A stretch of 64,000 nt of DNA from an uncultured Dehalococcoidia bacterium (GTDB taxonomy: Bacteria > Chloroflexota > Dehalococcoidia > Lucifugimonadales > CAJWER01), in assembly GCA_964608025.1 (NCBI GenBank), contig CAZSLO010000012.1, positions 6,347-70,346 on the forward strand. Reading direction: 5' to 3'. Shown piece by piece: positions 47,899-57,549 of the stretch; the stretch's first letter is position 1; each line of letters opens with the position of its first letter. The position numbers and the translations under genes are program-made. The notes below the pieces were generated by a model. That model ran no database searches, was not told where the DNA came from, and saw only the letters and a program-made list of their open reading frames with translations.

Positions 47899-49074
47899 CT
47901 AGCATATAGTCTTGGGTAGTTGCCCAGCAGGCCTGCTAGTATTTGGGCGAAAGTCTACAACGTCTATAGGCACGGAACCTGTTTTTATGGATTCAACAGC
48001 GGCGATAGCAGGAGCAGCTGTGTTGATGGCCTTGTACACATCGAATTCCAGCTTGCGATTCTGGAGGATGGCGTCTCTAAATTCGATATGTACGTAGTAA
48101 TCCATTCCTGAATGGCCGCTCTCTGCTGCACCGGGTGGAGCATCGGTCCGCTGATATCCCCATTTTACCTTGGTGGGACCGTGCATATTGTAATCTGCTA
48201 GCCAAAACAGGTGCGGATCGCCGAGTGACCGACCTGATTCGATTGATCCTTCTGTACCGATGATTTGATAGTAGTGGTGGTCCCGTTCGGGGGCATGTTT
48301 CTGGGTAAAACTTGAGACCATTCGAAGAATAGTGTCTTTCTCGGTGTGCATTAAGGCGACTTGTACGTCGGATTTCTCAAGTTCGGGATGGCCGTAGCTG
48401 CGGGGACGGGTTCCCATACCCACTACCCTGACAACCCTGTCATCCAGTATCTTTAACGCCGGACCCAGTTCATGGGCCAATGAACTCATCGGGTCTGACA
48501 TAAGCCCGGTTGGCTTGGCGGCAGGATGTTCCTTAAGCCGATCTGGATATACGAAATCGCCTGTCGACCAGTCTTGGTGGTATCTTAGGGTCCCCTTGTA
48601 TCCGATATAGTCTGCCTCGAAATAGGATATGTGGCCCAGGGCACCTTCCTTGACCAAGTTACTCCATGCTAGAACGAATCCAGCGTAGAGAACCTGTTCT
48701 GCAAGTTGGTACACTAGGCCTGAGCGCTCCACCGCTGCCACAATGCGCCAACAGTCTTTTATTGTGTGGGCTGCAGGGACTTCTGAATGGACATGCTTTC
48801 CTAACTCAAGGGCTTGGGCTGCCATAGCGCCTTGTTCCTTACATCGGACGCACAAAGCGATCGCGTCCACGTTTTCGTCACTAAGCAGATCTTCATAGTC
48901 TGTGTAAACGCTTACGTTTTTGCGATCTCCCAATTCTGAGAGACCTTTTTCATGAAGTGTTGGGAATATATCGCCGATTGCGGTTATGCGGAATCCATCT
49001 ATCTTCTGAAGGAGCCGCAACCAGTGTCGTCCTCTATTCCCGAGTCCGAATAGCCCGACCCGAATTTCGTCCAC
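47899..49074 (-). CDS. Gfo/Idh/MocA family oxidoreductase
   Basis: 391 aa. Rossmann fold IRVGLFGLGNRGRHW, HSEVP. First gene of the four-gene cluster. Confidence 0.85.
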   Translation of the reverse strand: MDEIRVGLFGLGNRGRHWLRLLQKIDGFRITAIGDIFPTLHEKGLSELGDRKNVSVYTDYEDLLSDENVDAIALCVRCKEQGAMAAQALELGKHVHSEVPAAHTIKDCWRIVAAVERSGLVYQLAEQVLYAGFVLAWSNLVKEGALGHISYFEADYIGYKGTLRYHQDWSTGDFVYPDRLKEHPAAKPTGLMSDPMSSLAHELGPALKILDDRVVRVVGMGTRPRSYGHPELEKSDVQVALMHTEKDTILRMVSSFTQKHAPERDHHYYQIIGTEGSIESGRSLGDPHLFWLADYNMHGPTKVKWGYQRTDAPPGAAESGHSGMDYYVHIEFRDAILQNRKLEFDVYKAINTAAPAIAAVESIKTGSVPIDVVDFRPNTSRPAGQLPKTIC

Positions 49075-49157
49075 GCTGACTCCTAAGTTCCGTTATTAAC
49101 CTGATATTATTTGAGTCTACTATACGCCCGGTACTATTTATATATCGTGGTCTGAGA

Positions 49158-49874
49158 TTAAGACCCGAGTAGCTGGCGGATATCATGGGCAATATGGGTA
49201 GGATCTAGCGGTGATGTAAATACCACTCGCATTTGCTTTTCTTTATCAATCAAGTATACGGGTGCCGTGTGGGCAATGTCGTATTTCGTCGCAATATCTT
49301 GTTGCAGTGCCTTGACGCCCATAGGAGAATTGGATAGTGGAGGCTTGATACTTGGAGTGTTCTGCGGCAATTCTATTTTACTAGGATCTATGTGGTAGTT
49401 TTTCCATACAGGGGCCAGATCCACTTCCTCACCTATGAGATAGGCCCACCCGTCCGCGAGTGCCCATTTATCCATGTATTCCAATACCCGGTTAGGAGTG
49501 TCACGTTCCGGGTCTACGCTAATGGCAATGAAGTTTATGCGTTGGGAATCTTCTCCAAGCATTTGTTGGACGTCGCGTAAATGGCTAGTCACAGCCGGAC
49601 AAAGTTCTGGACAATAAGTGTATAGGAACGTCAATACAACAACTTCGGCATCGTAATCCTTGAGAGATACTGGTCTGTTAAGTTGGTCATGAAGATCGAA
49701 ATCCGGGGCGTTCTGGGCCGGATCCATTACTGTTCCGTATAGAGAAACCGGAGCACTACAGCTCAGAATACTAGAAAGGAGAGTGGTTCCTAATACCAGT
49801 ATTAGGAACTTGGCCCGACTGCAGAATGGCGGTAGTAAGAGTAGTGTCGCCATTGTTCTTCTAGGGCCTCTCAA
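49158..49874 (-). CDS. SCO1/SenC family copper chaperone (thioredoxin fold)
   Basis: 238 aa. Signal/anchor ending ILSC. Copper site YCPELCP plus a downstream His. Adjacent to the oxidase genes. Confidence 0.88.
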   Translation of the reverse strand: MRGPRRTMATLLLLPPFCSRAKFLILVLGTTLLSSILSCSAPVSLYGTVMDPAQNAPDFDLHDQLNRPVSLKDYDAEVVVLTFLYTYCPELCPAVTSHLRDVQQMLGEDSQRINFIAISVDPERDTPNRVLEYMDKWALADGWAYLIGEEVDLAPVWKNYHIDPSKIELPQNTPSIKPPLSNSPMGVKALQQDIATKYDIAHTAPVYLIDKEKQMRVVFTSPLDPTHIAHDIRQLLGS

Positions 49875-49878
49875 GAAG

Positions 49879-50085
49879 TTAGGTCCTCTCGATGCGTCCT
49901 TGAATAAAGGCTGCTGCTGCCGGTACTCCGATTACCAAGGCTGTGCCAAGAATCAGTACACCGGTCTCGCTATGAGTTGATTCATGGATAACAGTGAAGA
50001 TTATGCCGAGCCCTCCCGCGAATGCTACGATCAGCAAAATAGCCAAGATTGGGAACAATATTGCCATGTTGTCTAGACGCTTCAT
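49879..50085 (-). CDS. small two-TM membrane protein in the oxidase operon, function unknown
   Basis: 68 aa with two hydrophobic helices. Gaps to ctaG and SCO are 7 and 4 nt. Confidence 0.55.
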   Translation of the reverse strand: MKRLDNMAILFPILAILLIVAFAGGLGIIFTVIHESTHSETGVLILGTALVIGVPAAAAFIQGRIERT

Positions 50086-50092
50086 TTCAAAC

Positions 50093-50920
50093 CTACTCCA
50101 TTGAGATTCTGAGTTGCCTGATCTTATATGTATCTTTTGACTGCTCTACAGTATACCAGCGGAAGAATGCGCAGATTGCTAATGTGATGAATAGTAACCC
50201 ACTACCTACTTTCATTATCACTGCTCCAACCTGCTGGTCAGCTAGTGCGGAGTGAGACCAAATTTGGGGGGCATTTACATACCATTCGTACAGTGGTTCA
50301 GGCGAGAAAGTAATGGTGCCGAACACGATGATTTGAGCGATCGATAGCACGAACAGATAGACCATTTGAAGAGGGTAAGATAACCGGGGCAATTCACGAA
50401 TTTTGCTGGTAAGAGGCCACCACATCAAGAGCGCTGATGCAATGAAAAGCAAGTGCTCTCCAATGTGGATTCCGTGGTTTGTTACTGACAGATTGTATAG
50501 CCTCGGTAGGTGCCATATTGAAAAGACAATATTGAAAATAACTATAGCTACAATTGGATGCACAAGAGTTCTTGCTATGACGAATATCCAAGTTGGTCGG
50601 AGGATACGACTGATCAACCAGCCAGGAGTTCCGATCAAAAGTAAAGGAGGGGCTACGAGGGTCAACAACACATGCTGGACCATGTGGGCACTAAATAGGT
50701 ATTTATCGCTCAGTATGTGAAGAGGCGAAAGAAGTGACATGAAAATTACCAGGATGCCAAGAGTAAAAGTGGCTGTTTGGCCTGGAAACGCGTGGCCTGC
50801 AAGGTTGTAGCGTTTACGTAACGGACCAACGAGTAGGAGATATCCTCCCTCTAGGATAGTTAGTCCAATAAGTACATCAGGATGAGCATGCCAATGAGTC
50901 CAGATTGATTCCAAAATCAC
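50093..50920 (-). CDS. ctaG: cytochrome c oxidase assembly factor CtaG (Bacillus caa3_CtaG type)
   Basis: 275 aa, polytopic, HMVQHVLL motif, position after ctaF. Confidence 0.8.
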   Translation of the reverse strand: MILESIWTHWHAHPDVLIGLTILEGGYLLLVGPLRKRYNLAGHAFPGQTATFTLGILVIFMSLLSPLHILSDKYLFSAHMVQHVLLTLVAPPLLLIGTPGWLISRILRPTWIFVIARTLVHPIVAIVIFNIVFSIWHLPRLYNLSVTNHGIHIGEHLLFIASALLMWWPLTSKIRELPRLSYPLQMVYLFVLSIAQIIVFGTITFSPEPLYEWYVNAPQIWSHSALADQQVGAVIMKVGSGLLFITLAICAFFRWYTVEQSKDTYKIRQLRISME

Positions 50921-50926
50921 AAAGCT

Positions 50927-51271
50927 CTAGGCGAAGAACTTGAATAGCCCAAGCAAGGCAATTCCTACAGTAGTCGCAAGAATAAGACCGCCTATAAAAA
51001 ATCCAGAGAAGAGCTTCGCATCATACTTCAGATGCATGTAGAACATTGCAACGAGTGCGAATTTGCCGGCTGATAATATCACTAGGATCGGGATAATGCC
51101 ATGCCCCAGATCCTCCACGTAAAAGATAGCCACCTCAATAGCTGTGATAACAGACAGTGCCATTGCGACCTTGAAATAGGTCATAGGTGTCGGATGTCCT
51201 GTGTGGGCATCCTGTGATGATTCTTGATTGGTAGAGGTTGCTGAGATGTTATCTTCTGACATTAGTTTCAA
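50927..51271 (-). CDS. ctaF: cytochrome c oxidase subunit IV (small prokaryotic subunit)
   Basis: 114 aa, three TM helices, ATGA-type overlap with the subunit III stop. Confidence 0.78.
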   Translation of the reverse strand: MKLMSEDNISATSTNQESSQDAHTGHPTPMTYFKVAMALSVITAIEVAIFYVEDLGHGIIPILVILSAGKFALVAMFYMHLKYDAKLFSGFFIGGLILATTVGIALLGLFKFFA

Positions 51272-51990
51272 ATTCCCGGGAATACGCCGAATAGGTATAC
51301 AACAGTGAAAATTACGATCCAGACCACATCTACAAAGTGCCAGTACAAGGCGGCTAGGTCAAGGTCCAGATTTGTTTCAGGTCGAACACCGCCTCTGAAA
51401 GAATGGAAAGCGATTGATAAAAGCCAGATTACCCCTAGTGTTACGTGGGCACCGTGGAAACCTGTCAGGGTAAAGAATGTGGTTCCGAATAAGTTAGTTC
51501 GGGGAGTTAGACCATGCTGTTCTTTAAATTCTTCCACACCTTCTGCTGCGCATTTGTGCGCGAAAGACTTTTCATGATCCGTCAACTCGCCCATAACGAT
51601 GTTTGTGCAGTCAAGTTCTACTTTATGGTTGGCGAAATCATGGAATTCGAAAACTTGAAAAGCCAAGAACGTCATACCCAGTATGGCGGTGGAGAAGAGC
51701 CACACTCGGAAAGTCTTCATATTACCCCGGGTTAGGGCTGCGTATGCTAATACCATACTCATGCTACTCATTAGCAACACGAATGTACTAACGGATGTAA
51801 CAGGAATACTGAAGACGTCTTCTGGGAATGGCCCAACCTTGCTCTTGCCTTGGTATATGACGTAAGTAGCAATCAGCGAGCCAAAGAACATGCAGTCTGA
51901 ACCAAGGAACGCCCACATAAGTAGCTTCCGGTGGTTCAGGCCAGTAGTAGTTTCTTCGTGTTCACTATGTGCAGCGACGTTTTCCGACAA
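51268..51990 (-). CDS. ctaE: cytochrome c oxidase subunit III, with an insertion of about 30 aa in one loop
   Basis: 240 aa, FFTLTGFHGAHV and LYWHFVDVVW motifs. Extra segment HKVELDCTNIVMGELTDHEKSFAHKCAAEGVEEFKEQ. Confidence 0.9.
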   Translation of the reverse strand: MSENVAAHSEHEETTTGLNHRKLLMWAFLGSDCMFFGSLIATYVIYQGKSKVGPFPEDVFSIPVTSVSTFVLLMSSMSMVLAYAALTRGNMKTFRVWLFSTAILGMTFLAFQVFEFHDFANHKVELDCTNIVMGELTDHEKSFAHKCAAEGVEEFKEQHGLTPRTNLFGTTFFTLTGFHGAHVTLGVIWLLSIAFHSFRGGVRPETNLDLDLAALYWHFVDVVWIVIFTVVYLFGVFPGI

Positions 51991-51992
51991 GC

Positions 51993-53876
51993 CTAGTGCT
52001 CCTCTTCTGGGTCGTTAACGGGCTCAAATGACCAAGCGTAAACAGAGACCATGGTAAGCATTGTTCCTATGGAGGCCGCAGCAAGGCCTGCAACCGACTG
52101 AAAATATATGAGTCCGTATGCTGCTATAAAAAGGCCAAGCGAAACGAGAAATGGCCAGTAGGATGGTTGGGGAAGGTGGATAGAGTGTTCTTCTTCTCCA
52201 GATCCCCCGGCCACCGGAACTGTCGGGACCCCGTCATGTTTCTGAATCCAAAAAGTGTCTATCCCATGAACAGTTGGAATCTGTGCGAAATTGTATTCAG
52301 GAGGAGGTGAAGAAATTGACCATTCAAGTGTTCTGCCGTCCCAGGGGTCCCCACCTGCTTTTTCGCCTTTCCTAGCGCTCAGGATAACATTGACCATAAA
52401 CACCAGAATCGAGAACGCCAGTGCAAATGCCCCAATCGACGATACGAGGTTCCAGAGATCCCAGCCCATTTCTGATTCGTAGGTATATATTCTTCTGGGC
52501 ATGCCCTCGAGACCAGTAAAATGCATTGGGAAAAAGGTGATATTCATAGATATGAAAACGAGCCAGAAATTGATCTTGCCCAGTGCATCATTCATGAACT
52601 TACCTGTGACCTTTGGGAACCAGTAGTAGACTCCAGCAAGCAGTGCCATGATGCTGCCACCAAATAGTACATAGTGTAGGTGCGCGACGATGAAGTAAGT
52701 ATCCTGTTGTTGGGCATCGGAAGCTGCTGAGGAGTGCATAACACCGCTCAACCCTCCGATTATAAAGGTCCAGATGAATCCCAGTGCGAAGAGCATTGGA
52801 GTGTTGAACTCGATTGATCCCTTCCACATGGTACCCATCCAGTTGAAGATCTTGACTCCTGTCGGGATCGCTATAGCCATCGTCGTTATAGCGAATACCG
52901 AGTTGGCTATCGGACCTAGTCCTACCGTGAACATATGATGGCTCCATACCATCCAACCCATGAATCCAATTACCACACCAGATAGAACTACAACAGGATA
53001 TCCAAACAAAGGCTTCCTGGAGAACGTCGGAATTATCTCGGAGACGATACCCATCGCAGGCAGAATAAGGATGTAAACTTCAGGATGTCCGAAGACCCAG
53101 AACAGATGTTGCCAGAGAAGTGGGTTTGCCCCGGCAGCAGAGACAAAGAAATTCATTCCGAAGAACCTGTCAAACATTAATTCAATTAGTGCCACCGTGA
53201 TGACTGGGAATGCCAGCACTAGGAGGAAAGATGTAATTAGGGTCATCCACGTGAAAAGAGGCATTCTCATCAGTGACATGCCAGGAGCGCGTAGATTTAT
53301 TATCGTGACAATAAAGTTAAAGGCTGCTGCCAGGGATGCAATTCCTAGTACCTGCAGACTCATGATCCAAAAATCTATTCCGTGACCGGGGTTGTATTGA
53401 ATACCGGTAATTGGAGCGTAACCAAACCATCCGGCGTTCGGTGCTCCACCTAGGAACCAGCTGAGCTTGAGCACAAGTGCGCCGCTCAAGAATGTCCAGT
53501 AGCTAAAGGCATTCAGTCTTGGGAAAGCTACGTCCCTGGCCCCTATTTGAAGTGGGATGAGATAATTAAAGAATGCCGCACCCATTGGCATAATAGCCAG
53601 GAAAATCATGGTTGTAGCGTGCATTGTGAAGAGTTGGTTGTAAACTTCTGGGCTTACCAAGGCCTGTTCTGGCCTTGCCAGCTGGGCTCTTATATACAGT
53701 GCTTCTAAACCACCCGAAAGAAAGAAAATGAAAGCGGTTACGCCGTAGAGAATGCCTATCCTCTTATGGTCTATAGTGGTGATCCAACCCCATAAGCCTG
53801 TAGGGTGAACTGGCCGAGCTGGTACGGGGATTGATATTGAGGTCATAGGAGAGTCCCCTTGTTTCTCGCAGGCCAA
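51993..53876 (-). CDS. ctaD: cytochrome c oxidase subunit I (heme-copper oxidase, A-type)
   Basis: 627 aa, WFFGHPEVYILILP-type motif (FWVFGHPEVYILILPAMG), HHMF, VAHLHYV. The start may be the ATG at 53846. Confidence 0.95.
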   Translation of the reverse strand: MACEKQGDSPMTSISIPVPARPVHPTGLWGWITTIDHKRIGILYGVTAFIFFLSGGLEALYIRAQLARPEQALVSPEVYNQLFTMHATTMIFLAIMPMGAAFFNYLIPLQIGARDVAFPRLNAFSYWTFLSGALVLKLSWFLGGAPNAGWFGYAPITGIQYNPGHGIDFWIMSLQVLGIASLAAAFNFIVTIINLRAPGMSLMRMPLFTWMTLITSFLLVLAFPVITVALIELMFDRFFGMNFFVSAAGANPLLWQHLFWVFGHPEVYILILPAMGIVSEIIPTFSRKPLFGYPVVVLSGVVIGFMGWMVWSHHMFTVGLGPIANSVFAITTMAIAIPTGVKIFNWMGTMWKGSIEFNTPMLFALGFIWTFIIGGLSGVMHSSAASDAQQQDTYFIVAHLHYVLFGGSIMALLAGVYYWFPKVTGKFMNDALGKINFWLVFISMNITFFPMHFTGLEGMPRRIYTYESEMGWDLWNLVSSIGAFALAFSILVFMVNVILSARKGEKAGGDPWDGRTLEWSISSPPPEYNFAQIPTVHGIDTFWIQKHDGVPTVPVAGGSGEEEHSIHLPQPSYWPFLVSLGLFIAAYGLIYFQSVAGLAAASIGTMLTMVSVYAWSFEPVNDPEEEH

Positions 53877-53930
53877 CTGATTCTACTTGAATTCATAATT
53901 ATTATAGAACTTGGATCTTCCAATCTCATT

Positions 53931-54995
53931 TTATTTCAGGGTTTGAATATAGGCTACCAGTGCCGAAAGTTCAGCATCTGATAGTTTACGGTTTGGGTCG
54001 CTATAAATCTTGGCATCTCGGAACATGGTGGTGCCTTGCTTGATCGACTGCGGATCTTCAATCCACTGCCGCAGGTTCTGTTGGGTGTTTTCGATCACGC
54101 CAGCTGCAAGCTGGCTCCTACTTGACACGTGGGTCAAGCTTGGGCCGACCTGGCCACGGGACTTGGAAGATCCTCCGACGGTGTGACAGGACCAGCATTG
54201 TGCCTTGTTTCCCTCAAATAGTGCTTTGCCCTGTTGGGCCAGGGGTTCTATTGGATCCTCGGCTTGAGATGCCTCGGCTACAAGCCATTCGTCAAAGTCA
54301 GACCTGGGTTTTGCAAATACCCTGAATCGCATCAGGGCGTGGGCCACGCCGCAAAACTCCGCGCACTGACCTCGGTATTCTCCTGCCTCGTCTGCTTGTA
54401 TCCACATTCTATTCTTGTTGCCTGGTACCAGGTCGACCTTGCCAGCGAGTTTTGGAATCCAGAAGCTATGTAGAACATCTTTGGAGTCTAGGGTTATGTT
54501 GACTACCTCGCCGACAGGTATATGAAGTTCGTTGGCTGAAACTATAGTAGATTTTCCATCGGGGTGAGGGTATCGAAATTCGAACCACCATTGATGGCCA
54601 ATGACATCTACAGTCAATGCGTCTGGATCAGGGCTATTAAGATTGTCGAATATAGTTATCACTGTTGGTACAGCGACTATTGCGAGAATCAGTGTTGGAG
54701 CTATTGTCCATCCAATTTCCAACGGAGTATTCCCGTGGGTTTGTGGTGGATCTGGATCACCTGGCCTCCGTCGGAACTTGATGGTTATGTACATCAAGAT
54801 CGTGCCGACTACGATAAAGACGAATACCGCTGCCCAAAAAATCCAGTAGAAGAGGACAAGCTGCGACTGGGCAACGGGCCCAGACGTGTCAAAAGTCGAT
54901 TGTGGATTGTCCGGGTAACAGGATGCTGTTAATAAGGCGATGAGGATTAATAGGGCCGCCCATAGATATCTTGGGTGGCGTCGTGATGAAGGCAT
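53931..54995 (-). CDS. ctaC: cytochrome c oxidase subunit II with a fused C-terminal cytochrome c domain (caa3 type)
   Basis: 354 aa. CuA site HSFWIP...CAEFCGVAHALM. Heme c site CWSCH. Confidence 0.94.
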   Translation of the reverse strand: MPSSRRHPRYLWAALLILIALLTASCYPDNPQSTFDTSGPVAQSQLVLFYWIFWAAVFVFIVVGTILMYITIKFRRRPGDPDPPQTHGNTPLEIGWTIAPTLILAIVAVPTVITIFDNLNSPDPDALTVDVIGHQWWFEFRYPHPDGKSTIVSANELHIPVGEVVNITLDSKDVLHSFWIPKLAGKVDLVPGNKNRMWIQADEAGEYRGQCAEFCGVAHALMRFRVFAKPRSDFDEWLVAEASQAEDPIEPLAQQGKALFEGNKAQCWSCHTVGGSSKSRGQVGPSLTHVSSRSQLAAGVIENTQQNLRQWIEDPQSIKQGTTMFRDAKIYSDPNRKLSDAELSALVAYIQTLK

Positions 54996-55102
54996 CGTGT
55001 AGAGCGGATATCCCCTTTCAATTCAACCTGATCAACGGTTTAGGAATCTATCAGACGGATGGAATACGAGTCAAGGCCAAACGGGCCAAATATTTCCTAA
55101 TG

Positions 55103-55990
55103 TTATACAGGTATAAATGCATCTGTGGCAATAAAAACGAATAGAAGAGCCAGATAAAGAAGTGAATAAAGATATGCGCTGCGGGCACCCTCGATTCCAG
55201 GACGCTTTAGTAACCTGAAAGCATAGTATACAAACAATATTCCCAATAAAAGAGATGTCGCAAGATAGAACCACCCTACAGCCTGGGTCGTGAAGAACAT
55301 TGTGGTTAGAGCAATTAATATGAAAGTGTAAAGCAGTATTGATCGCTTGGTTTGGGCCACGCTGGTTACTACCGGTAGCATTGGAATGCCAGCTCTTGCA
55401 TAGTCGTCTTTGATTAGAAGAGATAAGGCCCAAAAATGAGGTGGTGTCCAAAAGAATATAATTGCGAACAGGTATAAAGCAGGAAGATCAATGCTCCCGG
55501 TCACTGCTGCCCATCCAACTACTGGAGGGACAGCACCGGCTGCTCCTCCAATGACGATGTTTTGAGGGGTTCTTCTTTTGAGGGCCAAGGTATATACAAA
55601 TACGTAAAAGAGCGTTCCACTTAATGTAATTAGGGCGCTAATCGGATTAACAAAGTAGGCTAGGATGGCAAATGCGATTACGTTCAATATAACGCCAAAG
55701 CCCAGGGCCTGATGTGGAGATATCCGTCCTTCCACGACTGGCCTATGGCTGGTACGGCGCATCATAGAATCGACATCTCTATCAAGGTAATTGTTGATAG
55801 AGTGTGCTCCGCCCGCGGCCAAGGTCCCTCCGGCTAGTACCAAGAACACTATCAATGGTTCGGGCACACCACGTGTTGCCAGGAACATCCCGCCAAGTGC
55901 CGTAAGTAATAGTAATGAGATAATCCGAGGTTTCATCAGGGCAATGTAGTCCCTGACAATGCTTTTAGCAGAAGTCGCTTGGATACTCAC
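55103..55990 (-). CDS. ctaB: protoheme IX farnesyltransferase (heme O synthase)
   Basis: 295 aa. UbiA-family motif NNYLDRDVD, polytopic. Overlaps the ctaA stop. Confidence 0.93.
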   Translation of the reverse strand: MSIQATSAKSIVRDYIALMKPRIISLLLLTALGGMFLATRGVPEPLIVFLVLAGGTLAAGGAHSINNYLDRDVDSMMRRTSHRPVVEGRISPHQALGFGVILNVIAFAILAYFVNPISALITLSGTLFYVFVYTLALKRRTPQNIVIGGAAGAVPPVVGWAAVTGSIDLPALYLFAIIFFWTPPHFWALSLLIKDDYARAGIPMLPVVTSVAQTKRSILLYTFILIALTTMFFTTQAVGWFYLATSLLLGILFVYYAFRLLKRPGIEGARSAYLYSLLYLALLFVFIATDAFIPV

Positions 55991-56946
55991 GATACCGGTT
56001 TACCCGAATCAGGTGAGTAGGAGATATGTTCAGCTCGCTTCTCCACTATAGCCCCATTTTCCTTTATTATCGTCGCCGCCATTAGAACCAGTGTTGCCCA
56101 GACTAGCGTGGCTAGGGTCAGATGTACAGATTTGAATGCTGGTATAAACCCAGACCAAACTGTCCCAGCACCAACTAGTATCTGGATAACAAATAGTATC
56201 AAGATGATCCCGGAAATTCGTTGAGTTGGAGGAGATTCAAATAATGTCAGCCCTATAGCCGAAATCATTACCACCATGAGAAAAACTATAAGTGCTAGGT
56301 ACCGATGGAGCATATGTACAGCAAAAGGTTCCATTGTAGGCAAAATGTTGCCCTGGCAGAGAGGCCATGTTCCGCATGATGAACCGTAGCCTAGTCCGAC
56401 CATGTATGAACCAGAGAGAATCAGTAGAAAAGTACTTACTAGTGCCGTGATTAGTACTGGCATAAACCATGAGGGTTTATTGGATAGTTGCGGTAGGCTT
56501 TCTGAATTTTTGGGCTTGTTTCCATTTACGATAGCTATGGCTATACAGGCTACGACAGATTCAGCTATTCCCAGGTGAATCAGTACTACCCACCACTTTA
56601 GTTCAGTCAGCACAGTGATTCCACCTAGTATCGCGGCCATTAACACAAGGCCCGAGGCAAAGATCATAAATTGTGTCGAGATATGACGATTCCCCAGTCT
56701 TTTCCAGGCCAAGATAGTGGATACCAGGACCAGTAATATGAGTAAGCTTGCAGATAGCCTATGTGAGTATTCAATCATCGTCGTGAACTCGAAAGGTGGG
56801 ATTATTTGGCCGTGACACAGGGGCCAGTCAGGACATCCCAGCCCGGAATCAGTAACACGAACCACGCCACCGAGAGCAACCTGTGCGATCGCTGAGATGA
56901 GAGAAAGAATAGAGAATGTAGTGAATGCGGGATAGTTGAGGGTCAC
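55987..56946 (-). CDS. ctaA: heme A synthase (COX15/CtaA)
   Basis: 319 aa, eight TM segments. Paired Cys CPDWPLC and CGTWPLC. HR motifs (YSHRL, HMLHRY). Confidence 0.9.
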   Translation of the reverse strand: MTLNYPAFTTFSILSLISAIAQVALGGVVRVTDSGLGCPDWPLCHGQIIPPFEFTTMIEYSHRLSASLLILLVLVSTILAWKRLGNRHISTQFMIFASGLVLMAAILGGITVLTELKWWVVLIHLGIAESVVACIAIAIVNGNKPKNSESLPQLSNKPSWFMPVLITALVSTFLLILSGSYMVGLGYGSSCGTWPLCQGNILPTMEPFAVHMLHRYLALIVFLMVVMISAIGLTLFESPPTQRISGIILILFVIQILVGAGTVWSGFIPAFKSVHLTLATLVWATLVLMAATIIKENGAIVEKRAEHISYSPDSGKPVS

Positions 56947-57123
56947 GGGTGCAATCCGAGTGGTTCACAGGAGGGGGATTTTTGAGCATACTGCACTTTG
57001 TGCAAGACTACACAATTTTAGCATAGGGTGTAGGTACCGTCAACGAGAAATCCCTGATATTAGAGCTTGTTTATTAATAAAGGATCGATGTCTATACACG
57101 CCTGTATATAGGCAGTCTTCACC

Positions 57124-57153
57124 TTGACGCCTCTTTCATATGATGACTACAAT
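57124..57153 (+). promoter_or_regulatory. candidate sigma70-type promoter for tRNA-Lys
   Basis: TTGACG (57124-57129), 18-nt spacer, TACAAT (57148-57153), about 50 nt upstream of the tRNA. Confidence 0.45.
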
Positions 57154-57205
57154 AGGGCCTATATGTTGAGGAATATTCTCCTGCCCTTGGCCTTTGTAAA
57201 CCCCC

Positions 57206-57281
<76 letters not shown>

Positions 57282-57363
57282 AACCCTAAAAGCCGATTGT
57301 AGGCGAGTGGGCGCCCAAAACTACGGCGTTTCAATTAATACCTAAAATTTGTGATCGTATGAT

Positions 57364-57441
57364 TTAGGCTCGGACAGCCTTCTGTACACCGATGATTGCC
57401 AACAAGAGCAAGGCCAGAAGGAATCCACCGATCCAGAAAAC
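57364..57441 (-). pseudogene. 25-codon remnant resembling the C-terminus of the neighbouring 200-aa membrane protein
   Basis: Minus-strand VFWIGGFLLALLLLAIIGVQKAVRA-stop parallels VFFMGGFGLGMLILAIIGIKKIKGD-stop, the end of the 57550-58152 product. It is bounded upstream by an in-frame TAG and has no start codon. Confidence 0.4.
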
Positions 57442-57549
57442 CTAGTTTATGTCAGTCGGGATACCTCTCCCCCGACGCATCCTACTAGCCCAACTAACCG
57501 TTTGCTAACACTTCCTCACTTAATATTTTAAAAACTTGTGGGTCGGTTG

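Noticed and set aside
51993-53876. C-terminal extension of about 70 aa with two extra TM helices on oxidase subunit I.
   Set aside because: Bacillus-type CtaD proteins of about 620 aa carry the same kind of extension, so this is not unusual.
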